Positions 11,766 to 21,830 of a stretch of 36,525 bases of DNA are shown in pieces. The position numbers and the translations under genes were made by a program. The first letter of the stretch is position 1. Each line of letters starts with the position of its first letter. The stretch lies in contig NW_021826251.1 in NCBI RefSeq assembly GCF_006345805.1, positions 1 to 36,525 of the forward strand, written 5' to 3'. The notes below the pieces were generated by a model that worked only from the letters and a program-made list of their open reading frames with translations, was not told the origin of the DNA and searched no databases. This DNA comes from Octopus sinensis (Eukaryota).

Positions 11766-12014
11766 TGTGAATCTTCAAATCAAATTTTGATGATTCCAAA
11801 TTATCGTCTTCAAATTTCCAAGTCAATCGTTCCTTTGTTACGTTTCGGATCCAAAAAGTCGATATATCTCCATCCTGCGTCACTCTGTATTCGGGGCTGT
11901 TAGCGCATGTCCGATCACACTCATATTTATAATTGTTGAATTTCCAAACGGTCGGTCTTAACATGTTTGGTATTTTAATCAGTAGAGTAGCGCTTACACT
12001 GAGTGCACCATTAT
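11766..12014 (-). CDS. Coding exon 5 (Ig-like domain 2, 249 nt)
   Basis: tttcag|AT AAT GGT...ATT CAC A|gtaagg; NGALSVSATLLIKIPNMLRPTVWKFNNYKYECDRTCANSPEYRVTQDGDISTFWIRNVTKERLTWKFEDDNLESSKFDLKIH. Confidence 0.9.
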
Positions 12015-12063
12015 CTGAAATGTAAGTATAATAATTAAAGAAATCACAAACGCAAACTCAAAC

Positions 12064-12284
12064 ACAGGAGTGGCTGTGTGGTAAGTAGCTTGCTTACCAA
12101 CCACATGGTTCCGGGTTCAGTCCCACTGCGTGGCATCTTGGGCAAGTGTCTTCTACTATAGCCCCGGGCCGACCAATGCCTTGTGAGTGGATCTGGTAGA
12201 CGGAAACTGAAAGAAGCCCGTCGTATATAGGTACAGGAGTGACTGTGTGGTAAGTAGCTTGCTTACCAACCACATGGTTCCGGG
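12064..12284 (+). mobile_element. Abundant tRNA-derived CORE-like SINE, 5' portions
   Basis: ggagtggctgtgtggtaag (A box)...gggttcagtccc (B box)...cttgggcaagtgtcttct (CORE-like motif). Confidence 0.8.
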
Positions 12285-12816
12285 CAATACAATAGAAAAT
12301 ACTTGATCGAAAATGAAGGATGCTTTCATTTCATTATTAGAAGAATGCGTAGGGTGTGTAAACAGAAAGAATGAGACTTGATCACGAGAGACACTAATAG
12401 CCTTAGAAGTAAGAAAGAAGCGAAAGGAAAAATTACAATTGGCAAGCTTAGAAGTAGAGATAAATAAATGTCAGGGAAATTAGAAAATAAGGAAGTTAAA
12501 AAACAATTAAGAGACAAGCAAAAATATTTTGAAAATTTAGCAAAGACAGCAGAAAGTGCAGCTCAGGGCCAGAACACGAAAGAGTTGTACAACACAAGTA
12601 AATTAATATTGAGAAGAGAGTAAGAGTATAAAAGGCAGTAAAAGGGAAGGGTGGCCGGATGCTAAGATTAATTCTAGATCAAAAAAAAAATCGATGGAAG
12701 GAGCATTTTGAAGATTTGCTCAGTAGACTACCTCCAGACACAATAGCTAAGATTGTGCCAAGAAATTTGGATCTTAACATCAGCCTTGACCCACCGTCCA
12801 AGTTTGAAATAAGAAA
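12285..12816 (+). mobile_element. Degenerate RTE-clade LINE ORF fragment (EN-RT linker)
   Basis: Translates to DKQKYFENLAKTAESAAQGQNTKELYNTSK...RWKEHFEDLLSRLPP...NISLDPPSKFEIRK; RWxEHFxxLL is typical of RTE ORFs. Confidence 0.7.
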
Positions 12817-15000
12817 GTTAAAAAACAATTAAGAGGCAAGCGAAAATATTTTGAAAAGCAAAAGATTGGCTAAAAGTTATGAGTTGAGGGAAAGAAATAG
12901 AAGACGGAACTGAAAAGGTAATGCCTAGTTTAAAAGGGGAGAAAAGGGTTTGTTAATACCGGATGCAAGGCAATACAATAGAATATACGTGGTCGAAAAT
13001 GAAGGGTGCTTTCATTTCATTATTAGAAGAATGCGTAGAGTGTGTAAACAGAAAGAATGAGACTTGATCACGAGAGACACTAATAGCCTTAGAAGTAAGA
13101 AAGAAGCTAAAGGAAAAATTACAATTGGCAAGCTTAGAAGTAGAGATAAATAAATGTCAGGGAAATTACAACCAACAAAATATCATCATCATTTAGCATC
13201 TACTTTCCATGCTAGCATGGGTTGGACGGTTCAACTGGGGTCTGGGAAGCCAGAAGGCTGCACCAGGCCCAGTTTGATCTGGCAATGTTTCTATGGCTGA
13301 ATGCCCTTACTAATGCCAACCGCTCCGTGAGTGTAGTGGATGCTTTTTATGTGCCACCGGCACAGGTGCCAGACGAGGCTGACAAACATCCACAATCGGG
13401 TGGTGCTTTTTACGTGCCACCGGCAAGGGGGCCAGATGAGGCTGGCAACGGCCACAAACGGATGGTGCTTTTTATGTGCCACTTGCACAGGTGCCAGACG
13501 AGGCTGGCAAACGGCCACAAATGGATGGTGCTTTTTATGTGCCACCTGCATAGGTGCCAGACGAGGCTGGCAAACATCCACAATCGGATGGTGCTTTTTA
13601 CATGCTACCTGCATAGGTGCCAGATGAGGCTGGCAAACGGCCACAATCGGATGGTGCTTTTTACATGCCACCAGCACGAGGCCAGTCAGGGTGGCGCTGG
13701 CAATGGCCACGTTCGGCAGGAGGCCAGTCGGGGCGGTTAAAAAACAATTCAGAGACGAGCGAAAATATTTTGAAAAGCAAAAGATTGGCTAAAAGTTATG
13801 AGTTGAGGGAAAGAAATAGAAGATGGAACTGAAAAGGTAATGCCTAGTTTAAAAGGGGAGAAAAGGGTTTGTTAATACCAGATGTAAGGCAATACAATAG
13901 AATATACGTGGTCGAAAATGAAGGGTGCTTTCATTTCATTATTAGAAGAATGCGTAGAGTGTGTAAACAGAAAGAATGAGACTTGATCACGAGAGACACT
14001 AATAGCCTTAGAAGTAAGAAAGAAGCTAAAGGAAAAATTACAATTGGCAAGCTTAGAAGTAGAGATAAATAAATGTCAGGGAAATTACAACCAACAAAAT
14101 ATCATCATCATTTAGCATCTACTTTCCATGCTAGCATGGGTTGGACGGTTCAACTGGGGTCTGGGAAGCCAGAAGGCTGCACCAGGCCCAGTCTGATCTG
14201 GCAATGTTTCTACGGCTGGATGCCCTTCCTAATGCCAACCGCTCCGTGAGTGTAGTTGGGAGCTTTTTACGTGCCACCTGCACAGGTGCCAGATGAGGTT
14301 GGCAACGTCCACAATCGGGTGGTGCTTTTTACGTGCCACCGGCAAGGGGGCCAGGTGAGGCTGGCAACGGCCACGAATGGATGGGGCTTTTTACATGCCA
14401 CCGGCAAGGGGGCCAGATGAGGCTGGCAACGGCCACAATCGGGTGGTGCTTTTCACGTGCCACCGGCAAGGGGGCCAGGCGAGGCTGGCAACGGCCACGA
14501 ACGGATGGTGCTTTTTACATGCTACCTGCATAGGTGCCAGATGAGGCTGGCAAACGGCCACAAATGGATGGTGCTTTTTACATGCCACCTGCATAGGTGC
14601 CAGACGAGGCTGGCAAACAGCCACAATCGGATGGTGCTTTTTACATGCCACCGACACGGGGGCCAGGCGATGCTGGCAAACGGCCACGATCGGATGGTGC
14701 TTTTTATGTGCCACCTGCATAGGTGCCAGACGAGGCTGGCAAACAGCCACAATCGGAGGTGCTTTTTACATGCCACCTGCATAGGTGCCAGATGAGGCTG
14801 GCAACGGCCACGAATGAATGGTGCTTTTTATGTGCCTCCAGCACGAGGCCAGTCAGGGTGGTGCTGGCAATGGCCACGTTCGGCAGGAGGCCAGTCGGGG
14901 CGGTTAAAAAACAATTCAGAGATGAGCGAAAATATTTTGAAAAGCAAAAGATTGGCTAAAAGTTATGAGTTGAGGGAAAGAAATAGAAGATGGAACTGAA
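12817..15000. repeat. Local tandem duplication (~0.92 and ~1.17 kb units) with embedded ~60-bp minisatellite
   Basis: gttaaaaaacaatt...gcgaaaatattttgaaaagcaaaagattggc recurs at ~12817, 13736 and 14903; the units differ in the number of 60-bp repeats. Confidence 0.9.
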
Positions 15001-15049
15001 GTTACAGTGTCTTGTTTAAAAGGAGAAAAAGGCTTGTTAATTCATTTAC

Positions 15050-15088
15050 CATTTTGGATAATTTCATAAGTTTCTGCTTTTCTGAAAC
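15050..15088 (-). CDS. Coding exon 4 (39-nt mini-exon of domain 2)
   Basis: cttttacag|GT TTC AGA AAA GCA GAA ACT TAT GAA ATT ATC CAA AAT G|gtaaat = FRKAETYEIIQN; phase 1-1. Confidence 0.85.
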
Positions 15089-15248
15089 CTGTAAAAGATG
15101 AAGAATAAAGTTTTGATTTTCAGATTTAACATTTGAGCAACATGGTTATAGCCAGGTCCAGCCTGTCACACCTCCTCTACAATGCCAGTCCAAAGATAAA
15201 CAATCATATCATTAAAATGTCAAAAGAAGATAATGAGAACAAACAGAT

Positions 15249-15288
15249 CGCCGCCGCCGCCGCCGCTGCCACCACCACCACCACCACC

Positions 15289-15322
<34 letters not shown>

Positions 15323-15517
15323 TCATCATCATTATTATTATTTTTATCATTATTATATTTATTATTGTTATTATTGTTATTATTATTGTTATTATTATTA
15401 TTATTATTGTTATTATTATTATCATCATCATCATCATCATTATTATTATTATTGTTATTGTTATTATTATTATTATTATTGTTATCATTATTATTATTGT
15501 TATTATTATTATTATTA

Positions 15518-15550
<33 letters not shown>
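15249..15550. repeat. Compound (CCG)n(CCA)n(TCA)n(TTA)n microsatellite
   Basis: Direct reading. Confidence 0.95.
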
Positions 15551-15552
<2 letters not shown>

Positions 15553-15566
15553 AATCATTTCCTTAC

Positions 15567-15815
15567 CATTTGTCTTCAAATCAAATTTTCCAATGTTGTA
15601 GTTGTTGTCATGAAATGTCCAATCCAAAAGTTCCTTAGTTACCTTTCGGATCCAGAGAGAAGAAGAATTTCCACTCTGTGTCACTCTAAATTCAGCCCCT
15701 TTATCGCATACGTTGTCACACTCATACTTCCGAGTCCCACACCTCCACGTGACTGGTCTCTCCATATTTGGTACCTCAATGTGGAGAGTAGTATTTCCAT
15801 TGAGGACAACATTTT
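15567..15815 (-). CDS. Coding exon 3 (Ig-like domain 1, 249 nt)
   Basis: tttcag|AA AAT GTT...ACA AAT G|gtaagg; NVVLNGNTTLHIEVPNMERPVTWRCGTRKYECDNVCDKGAEFRVTQSGNSSSLWIRKVTKELLDWTFHDNNYNIGKFDLKTN; lies within ORF 15220..15918. Confidence 0.9.
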
Positions 15816-15831
15816 CTGAAATAAAGAAATC

Positions 15832-16075
15832 AGGTAAGAAGTTTGCTTTCCAACCACATGGTTCTGGGTTCAGTCCCACTGTGTGACACCTTGGGCAAGT
15901 GTGTTCTACTATAGCCACAGTCTGACCACTGTTGGTGTGTTTACATCCCTATAGCTTAGCAGTTTGGCAAAAGAGACCAACAGAATAAGTACTGGGGTTG
16001 GTTCATTCAGCTAAAACTTCTTCAAGGTGTTGCTCCAGCATGGCTGCAGTCTAATTACTAAAACAGGTAAAAGAT
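15832..16075 (+). mobile_element. CORE-like SINE, degenerate copy
   Basis: Head and 3' motifs (gctccagcatggctgcagtc...actaaaacaggtaaaaga). Confidence 0.7.
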
Positions 16076-16376
16076 CATCATTGTTATAATGCCTACTTTT
16101 CCACGCTTGAATGGATCAGAGTTTATGAGCGAAACACCTAAGCTCCCCGATGAGTGTTTCTAGTTCTTCGGCCTTGCTCAATGAGAAACGCCGAAGAGAG
16201 ATAACTCTGGGTAGATTCAAAGTTGTAACTTTATCTAAAGAACAGTCACTTTAAAGAAATCAAAAACCACAAATGGAGCAGAGAATAAACCTGTGAACTA
16301 AGAAAAAGAGATACAAGACAGATTTGAAAATACAGGATCTAGTTTAAAAGGGAAAAAGATTTGTTAATCCATTTAC

Positions 16377-16415
16377 CAGTTCGGAAAATTTTATAAATTT
16401 GTGCTTTCGTCAAAC
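16377..16415 (-). CDS. Coding exon 2 (39-nt mini-exon; end of signal peptide and A-strand of domain 1)
   Basis: cttttacag|GT TTG ACG AAA GCA CAA ATT TAT AAA ATT TTC CGA ACT G|gtaaat = LTKAQIYKIFRT; phase 1-1; homologous to the exons at 15050-15088 and 10875-10913. Confidence 0.85.
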
Positions 16416-16536
16416 CTGTAAAAGACAAAAATGAAAATATTTGATTTTCAGAATTTACATTTGATCATCAGGATTGTTTATTATTTATGTTATAATAATT
16501 AAATAATAATTAACACTTGTAGATATAATTATGCAT

Positions 16537-16925
16537 TGTGTGGTAAGTAGCTTGCTTACCAACCACATGGTTCCAGGTTCAGTCCCACTGCATGGCACCT
16601 TGGGCAAGTGTCTTCTGCTATAGCCCCGGGCCGACCAATGCCTTGTGAGTGGATTTGGTAGACAGAAACTGAAAGAAGCCTGTCGTATATGTATATATAT
16701 ATATATATGTGTGTGTGTTTGTCCCCCTAGCATTGCTTGATAACCGATGCTGGTGTGTTTACGTCCCCGTCACTTAGCGGTTCGGCAAACGAAACTGATA
16801 GAATAAGTACTGGGCTTACAAAGAATAAGTCCCGGGGTCGATTTGCTCGACTAAAGGCGGTGCACCAGCATGGCCACAGTCGAATGACTGAAACAAGTAA
16901 AAGAGTAAAAGAGTAAAGAGAGTAA
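16537..16925 (+). mobile_element. CORE-like SINE, near full length
   Basis: tRNA head, central (TA)/(TG) tract, 3' ggcggtgcaccagcatggccacagtcgaatgactgaaacaagtaaaa and (GAGTAAA)n tail. Confidence 0.85.
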
Positions 16926-16930
16926 CATGT

Positions 16931-17303
16931 GGTACAGGTGCAAGAGTGGCTGTGTGGTAAGGAGCTTACTTACTAACCACATGGTTCTGGGTTCAGTCCC
17001 ACTGTGTGGCACCTTGGGCAAGTGCTTTTGGATCTTTTCGGTTTGAATGGCAGTTTTTAAAAATAATTTCCACGTAACTAAACACTTTTAAACTTCGTAT
17101 ACTGGTAGAATGCCAAGAGAAAAAAATGTTTTATTTTGACACATTCTACCGGTATACTAAGTTTTAAAGTGTTTAGTTAACTAGAAATTGTGTTGACATG
17201 TGCCGTTCAAAAGGAAAAGAACCGAAAACACTTGCCCAAGGTGTCACACAGAGGGACATGTGGTTGGTAAGCAAGCTTCTTACCACACAGCCACTCCTGC
17301 ACC

Positions 17304-17372
<69 letters not shown>

Positions 17373-17550
17373 TATATATATATACGATGGGCTTCTTTTA
17401 GTTTCCGTCTACCAAATCCACTCACAAGGCTTTGGTTGGCCCGAGGCTATAGCAGAAAACACTTGCCCAAGGTGCCATGCAAGGGGACTGAACCCAGAAC
17501 CATGTGGTTGGTAAGCAAGCTTCTTACCACATGGCCACTCCTGCACCTAT
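16931..17550. mobile_element. SINE-head/MITE-end palindrome (16931-17305) plus a minus-strand SINE head
   Basis: Plus SINE head + GGATCTTTTCGGTTTGAATGGCAG end, mirrored by gccgttcaaaaggaaaagaacc + minus SINE head; a further minus head at ~17380-17550. Confidence 0.7.
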
Positions 17551-17794
17551 AGAATTTTTTTAAATGCTCAAGATTTACAGCTTAGACATTTCGTATTTGT
17601 GTTTCTATCACAGATGCCATCTAAGGATGAGTCTGAAGTCAAAACAATGATAAGGATGATACAAGCACTATTGTGATATGATTGTTGCCATATTGGTTTA
17701 GACCAAATAAATAAGATGATACATTTATAAAAATAAAAGTGAAAAACTAGCAGAAAAAAATTATTCACTAAGGTTATGTAAATTGTTTTTTTTT

Positions 17795-18195
17795 TTAATT
17801 TTATTTTATCTAGTTTCAGCTCACGAGCTGTGGCCATGCTGGGGCACCGCCATTTGGTGTTGCTACATGATTTTATTTCACGAATGCTTTTTAGCAATTG
17901 ACATTTGGTGCATAAGAGAGTTCAATGCAGCTGCCCTCATCTGCACCTCCTGCCGTGAAGTTGGTTCATCCGGGACACCTGACAAGAAGAGATCCAGTCC
18001 TACTTTAAAGACATCCGCATCCACCCCATGCAGGTCCCTCAGGTTCTTCGGGAGGATATTGAAGAGCTGTGGGCCTCTGAAGCCCAGGCTATCACAGTAT
18101 CTTGTCCTACATCTTGATGGCAAATTTGGAGTCTTTGGCACCACGCAGTGGCACCCAGTTCTGGCATTTGTGTAACTCTTGATGCCTAAGTTTGG
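17795..18195 (-). mobile_element. CR1/L2-group LINE 3' end
   Basis: NARTGCHCVVPK...SLGFRGPQLFNILPKNLRDL...FKVGLDLFLSGVPDEP...RAAALNSLMHQ*, short 3'UTR and (TAAAA)n tail. Confidence 0.75.
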
Positions 18196-18295
18196 GACAA
18201 ATGATATGTAAAACAATTATTTTTAGAAAAATAATTAATGTTAATGAAAAAGAATTTAATAAACAAAAATAAAACAAATATGAAAGAAAACTTAC

Positions 18296-18338
18296 AAAAA
18301 CACAATGCAAACACACAAAAAAACTGTGGACTGCCCAT
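18296..18338 (-). CDS. Coding exon 1 (signal peptide) of 3xIg-like type I membrane protein
   Basis: Minus strand reads ttttttacag|ATC ATG GGC AGT CCA CAG TTT TTT TGT GTG TTT GCA TTG TGT TTT T|gtaagt = MGSPQFFCVFALCF plus a phase-1 donor. It joins the next exon as TGT (C), giving MGSPQFFCVFALCFCLTKA/QIY. The acceptor 3 nt before the ATG implies an upstream 5'UTR exon that I could not locate. Confidence 0.8.
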
Positions 18339-18351
18339 GATCTGTAAAAAA

Positions 18352-18382
<31 letters not shown>

Positions 18383-18525
18383 TATATATATATATATTTA
18401 TATATATTGTTATATTTCGGAATGGTCATTTTGCCAGTTTAGCCAATAAAAACACACGCACTATATATTTGGTGTTACTTTTGCTTCAGTGTTATTTATT
18501 TTTTACTTAATCTTAATCTTATTTC

Positions 18526-18569
18526 GGCCAGAGTCTTTCGTCACACTCCTGTGACTGCATCAGTGGTCC
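18526..18569 (-). ncRNA. Degenerate hammerhead-like motif in a ~220-bp repeat between microsatellites
   Basis: ggacca CUGAUG(C)A gucaca-ggag-ugugac GAAA GAC UC uggcc; perfect 6-bp stem II, one extra nucleotide in the core. Confidence 0.4.
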
Positions 18570-18629
18570 TTTGTTTTTCTTCTTTCTTATTTGTGGCTCT
18601 CCTTACTAACCGTCAGCCATTTTGTATTT

Positions 18630-18982
18630 AGATAGATAGATAGATCCATCCATCCATCCATCCATACATACATACATACACCATACATACACACCTACAT
18701 ACATACATACATACATACATACATACACACATACATACACACCCACATATATACATACACACATACATACACACATACATACATACACACATACATACAT
18801 ACACACATACATACACACATACACACATGCATACATACACACATACATACACACATACATACACACATACACACATACACACATATATACATACACACGT
18901 ACATACATACATACATACATACATACACACATACATACATACACACATACACACATACATACATACATACATACATACATAC
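18630..18982. repeat. (GATA)/(CATC)/(CATA,CA)n compound microsatellite
   Basis: Direct reading. Confidence 0.95.
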
Positions 18983-19187
18983 TTCAATTAGAGGTTGTGT
19001 TAACCTTCAGAAGGGATGATTTCATCCAAAGAAATTCTGGTTCAATACCTAGTGTTTTGGGGATTTAATTTCCTTAAAATAATAGGTATGTAGTGATTAT
19101 ATATAGTCAGTACAAGGTGTTGATGTGGCTGTGTGTATATTATTACAAGAGTTCATAAAGAGATGAAGAATAAATTCAAGACTTATA

Positions 19188-19587
19188 TACTCTTTACTCT
19201 TTTACTTGTTTCAGTCATTTGACTGCGGCCATGCTGGAGCAACGCCTTTAGTCGAGCAAATCGACCCCGGGACTTATTCATTGTAAGCCCAGTACTTATT
19301 CTATCGGTCTCTTTTGCCGAACCGCTAAGTGACGGGGACGTAAACACACCAGCATTGGTTGTCAAGCAATGCTAGGGGGACAAACACACACACATACATA
19401 CACACATATACATATATATACATATATACGACAGGCTTCTTTCAGTTTCCGTCTACCAAATCCACTCACAAGGCATTGGTCGGCCCGGGGCTATAGCAGA
19501 AGACACTTGCCCAAGATGCCACGCAGTGGGACTGAACCCGAAACCATGTGGTTGGTAAGCAAGCTACTTACCACACAGCCACTCCTT
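19188..19587 (-). mobile_element. CORE-like SINE, near full length
   Basis: Reverse complement of the 16537-16925 family. Confidence 0.85.
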
Positions 19588-19896
19588 TATTTACTACATA
19601 AATATATATTTTATAAATATATATTTTATTTACTGGTCGATGATGATACAGAGAATTAATATGTAGCATCTAGTTGAATGAAGTAATCTATGCAAGAAAT
19701 TTCAGAGGCAGGAAATATAGAAATAACAGCTTAGTGGTGGTTTTCAGTCATGTGGTGTAGAGAAATAGAAGGACATAGCAATGTCGTGAATGGCTGGAGT
19801 GATGCATGAGACAGATTATTTTCTCTGTTAATTATGTGACGAAACGGGGGGTCTAACAGGAGGAAATTATGTCTAAACATAAGTGCAGAGCATAAT

Positions 19897-21270
19897 ATCA
19901 TCATCATCATCATCATCATCATCATTTAACGTCCGCTTTCCATGCTAGCATGGGTTGGACGGTTCAACTGGTGTCTGGGGAGCCCGAAGGCTGCACCAGG
20001 CCAGTCAGATCTGGCAGTGTTTCTACAGCTGGATGCCCTTCCTAACGCCAACCACTCCGAGAGTGTAGTGGGTGATTTTATGTGCCACCGACACAGGTGC
20101 CAGACGAGGCTGGCGAACGGCCACGCTCGGATGGTGTTTTTATGTGCCACCGACACAGGTGCCAGACGAGGCTGGCAGATGACCACGCTCGGATGTGTGT
20201 TTTTATGTGCACCGACACAGGTGCCAGACGAGGCTGGCGAACGGCCAGCTCGGATGTGTTTTTATGTGCCACCGACACAGGTGCCAGACAAGGCTGGCAG
20301 ATGACCACGCTTCGGATGGTGTTTTTTTTTTATTGTGCCACCGACACAGGTGCCAGATGAGCTGGCGAACGGCCACGATCGGATGGTGTTTTTATGTGCC
20401 ACCGACACAGGTGCCAGACAGGCTGGCAGATGACCACGCTCGGATGGTGTTTTTATGTGCCACAGACACAGTGCCAGACGAGGCTGGCGAACAGCACGCT
20501 CGGATGGTGTTTTTATGTGCCACCGACACAGGTGCCAGACAAGGCTAGCAGACGACACGCTCGGATGGTGTTTTTATGTGCCACCGACACAGGTGCCAGA
20601 CGAGGCTGGCGAAAGCCACGCTGGATGGTGTTTTTATGTGCCACCGACACAGGTGCCAGACAAGGTTAGCAGACGACCACGCTCGGATGGTGTTTTTATG
20701 TGCCACAGACACAGGTGCCAGACGAGGCTGGCGAACGGCCACGCTCGGATGGTATTTTTATGTGCCACCAACACAGGTGCCAGACAAGGCTAGCAGACGA
20801 CCACGCTCGGATGGTGTTTTTTTTATGTGCCACCGACACAGGAGCCAGATTTGGCTGGCGATCGGCCACGATTGGGTGGTGATTGTTACGTGCCCACAGC
20901 ATGGAGGCCAGTCGGTGCGGTACTGGCTACACCCACGTTCGGATGGTATTCTTGTGTGTCACCGGCACTGGTACCACAAAGATACAAATTCCATTGATGT
21001 TCATCTATTTTGATTTTGTTTGATTTTCACTTGCCTCAACAGGTCTTCACAAGTGTCACAAGAAGGAAGGTATGCACAGGTGGACTGACTACGTCCTAGG
21101 TAGGGGCCACGGGTTATGGCCTGACTAGTCTTGCCGGGTCTTCTCACGCACAGCATACTTCCATAGGTCTCGGTCTCTAGTCATTTCCTTGGTGAGACCT
21201 AAAGTTCGTAGGTCGTGCTTCACCACTTCGTCCCAGGTTTTCCTGGGTCTACCTCTTCCACAGGTTCCCT
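19897..21270 (-). mobile_element. RTE-clade LINE 3' end with long repeat-containing 3'UTR
   Basis: Minus-strand EGTCGRGRPRKTWDEVVKHDLRTLGLTKEMTRDRDLWKYAVREKTRQD* (~21270-21125), 3'UTR with ~60-bp repeats, (GAT)n tail. Confidence 0.85.
20075..20880. repeat. ~61-bp minisatellite x~13 inside the LINE 3'UTR
   Basis: tatgtgccaccgacacaggtgccagacgaggctggcgaacggccacgctcggatggtgttt; alternating gcgaacgg / gcagatga variants. Confidence 0.95.
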
Positions 21271-21779
21271 CATATATAAAACTGTAGTTGTGTGAGTGTC
21301 TGTCCCCTTCGATTTAGATTCCTAACTACTCCCACATTTTGCGGTGCAGTTTGACCAAATTCGGGTATCTTATAGTCGTGATTCATATCGAGCCCGTCTG
21401 GGTATTAGAGCGCGTCTACGATGAGTCTACGATTTTAAAAATAATTTAACATCATTTTTTATTCCATTTTAATGCATAATTTTTCGTGTGTCGATGGCGG
21501 CGGAGTTGGCGTCCACGCTCACGCCTGCACCTGTTTGCTTCTCCCACTCCTTCCCTACCTCGTGAAGCTGTGGGGAAGGGAGTGTAAGGAAATCAATGTC
21601 GTAAAGCGTTGTCAAGGAGACCAACGTTCTTTTAGAAGAACGACTTCATGGCTTGAAGACACCAAAACAGAAATGGCTAAGAAAGCCCGAATTGGCATCT
21701 ATAAGGGAAGTAACTCTCTAAAAATGCTTATATAGTTATTTCCCTTACAAACCCGAGCAACGCCAGGCGATACTGCTAG
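21270..21779 (+). mobile_element. Non-autonomous Helitron-like element
   Basis: 5' TCATATATAAAA start, subterminal cccgagcaacgccagg hairpin-like motif, 3' CTAG followed by T; no TIR or TSD. Confidence 0.65.
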
Positions 21780-21792
21780 TGATATATAATAT

Positions 21793-21830
<38 letters not shown>

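Noticed and set aside
13222-14999. Cys/His-rich repeat ORFs (MCHxHRCQTRLA...), also at 19926-21013
   Set aside because: They derive from the ~60-bp repeats in a LINE 3'UTR, are open in several frames and are frameshifted.
15133-15819. Long low-complexity ORFs here and at 18606-18987, 23665-24704 and 34916-35377
   Set aside because: They are translations of microsatellites.
17579-17632. Possible extra minus-strand exon (DSSLDGICDRNTNTKCLS)
   Set aside because: Weak splice context, no homology to the cassettes, and it would split the signal peptide.
19016-19085. Plus-strand signal-peptide-like exon MISSKEILVQYLVFWGFNFLKII-G|gtatgt, suggesting a SINE-mediated inversion
   Set aside because: A better, correctly oriented signal exon exists at 18296-18338, and no downstream plus-strand exons were found. 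A divergent gene cannot be fully excluded.
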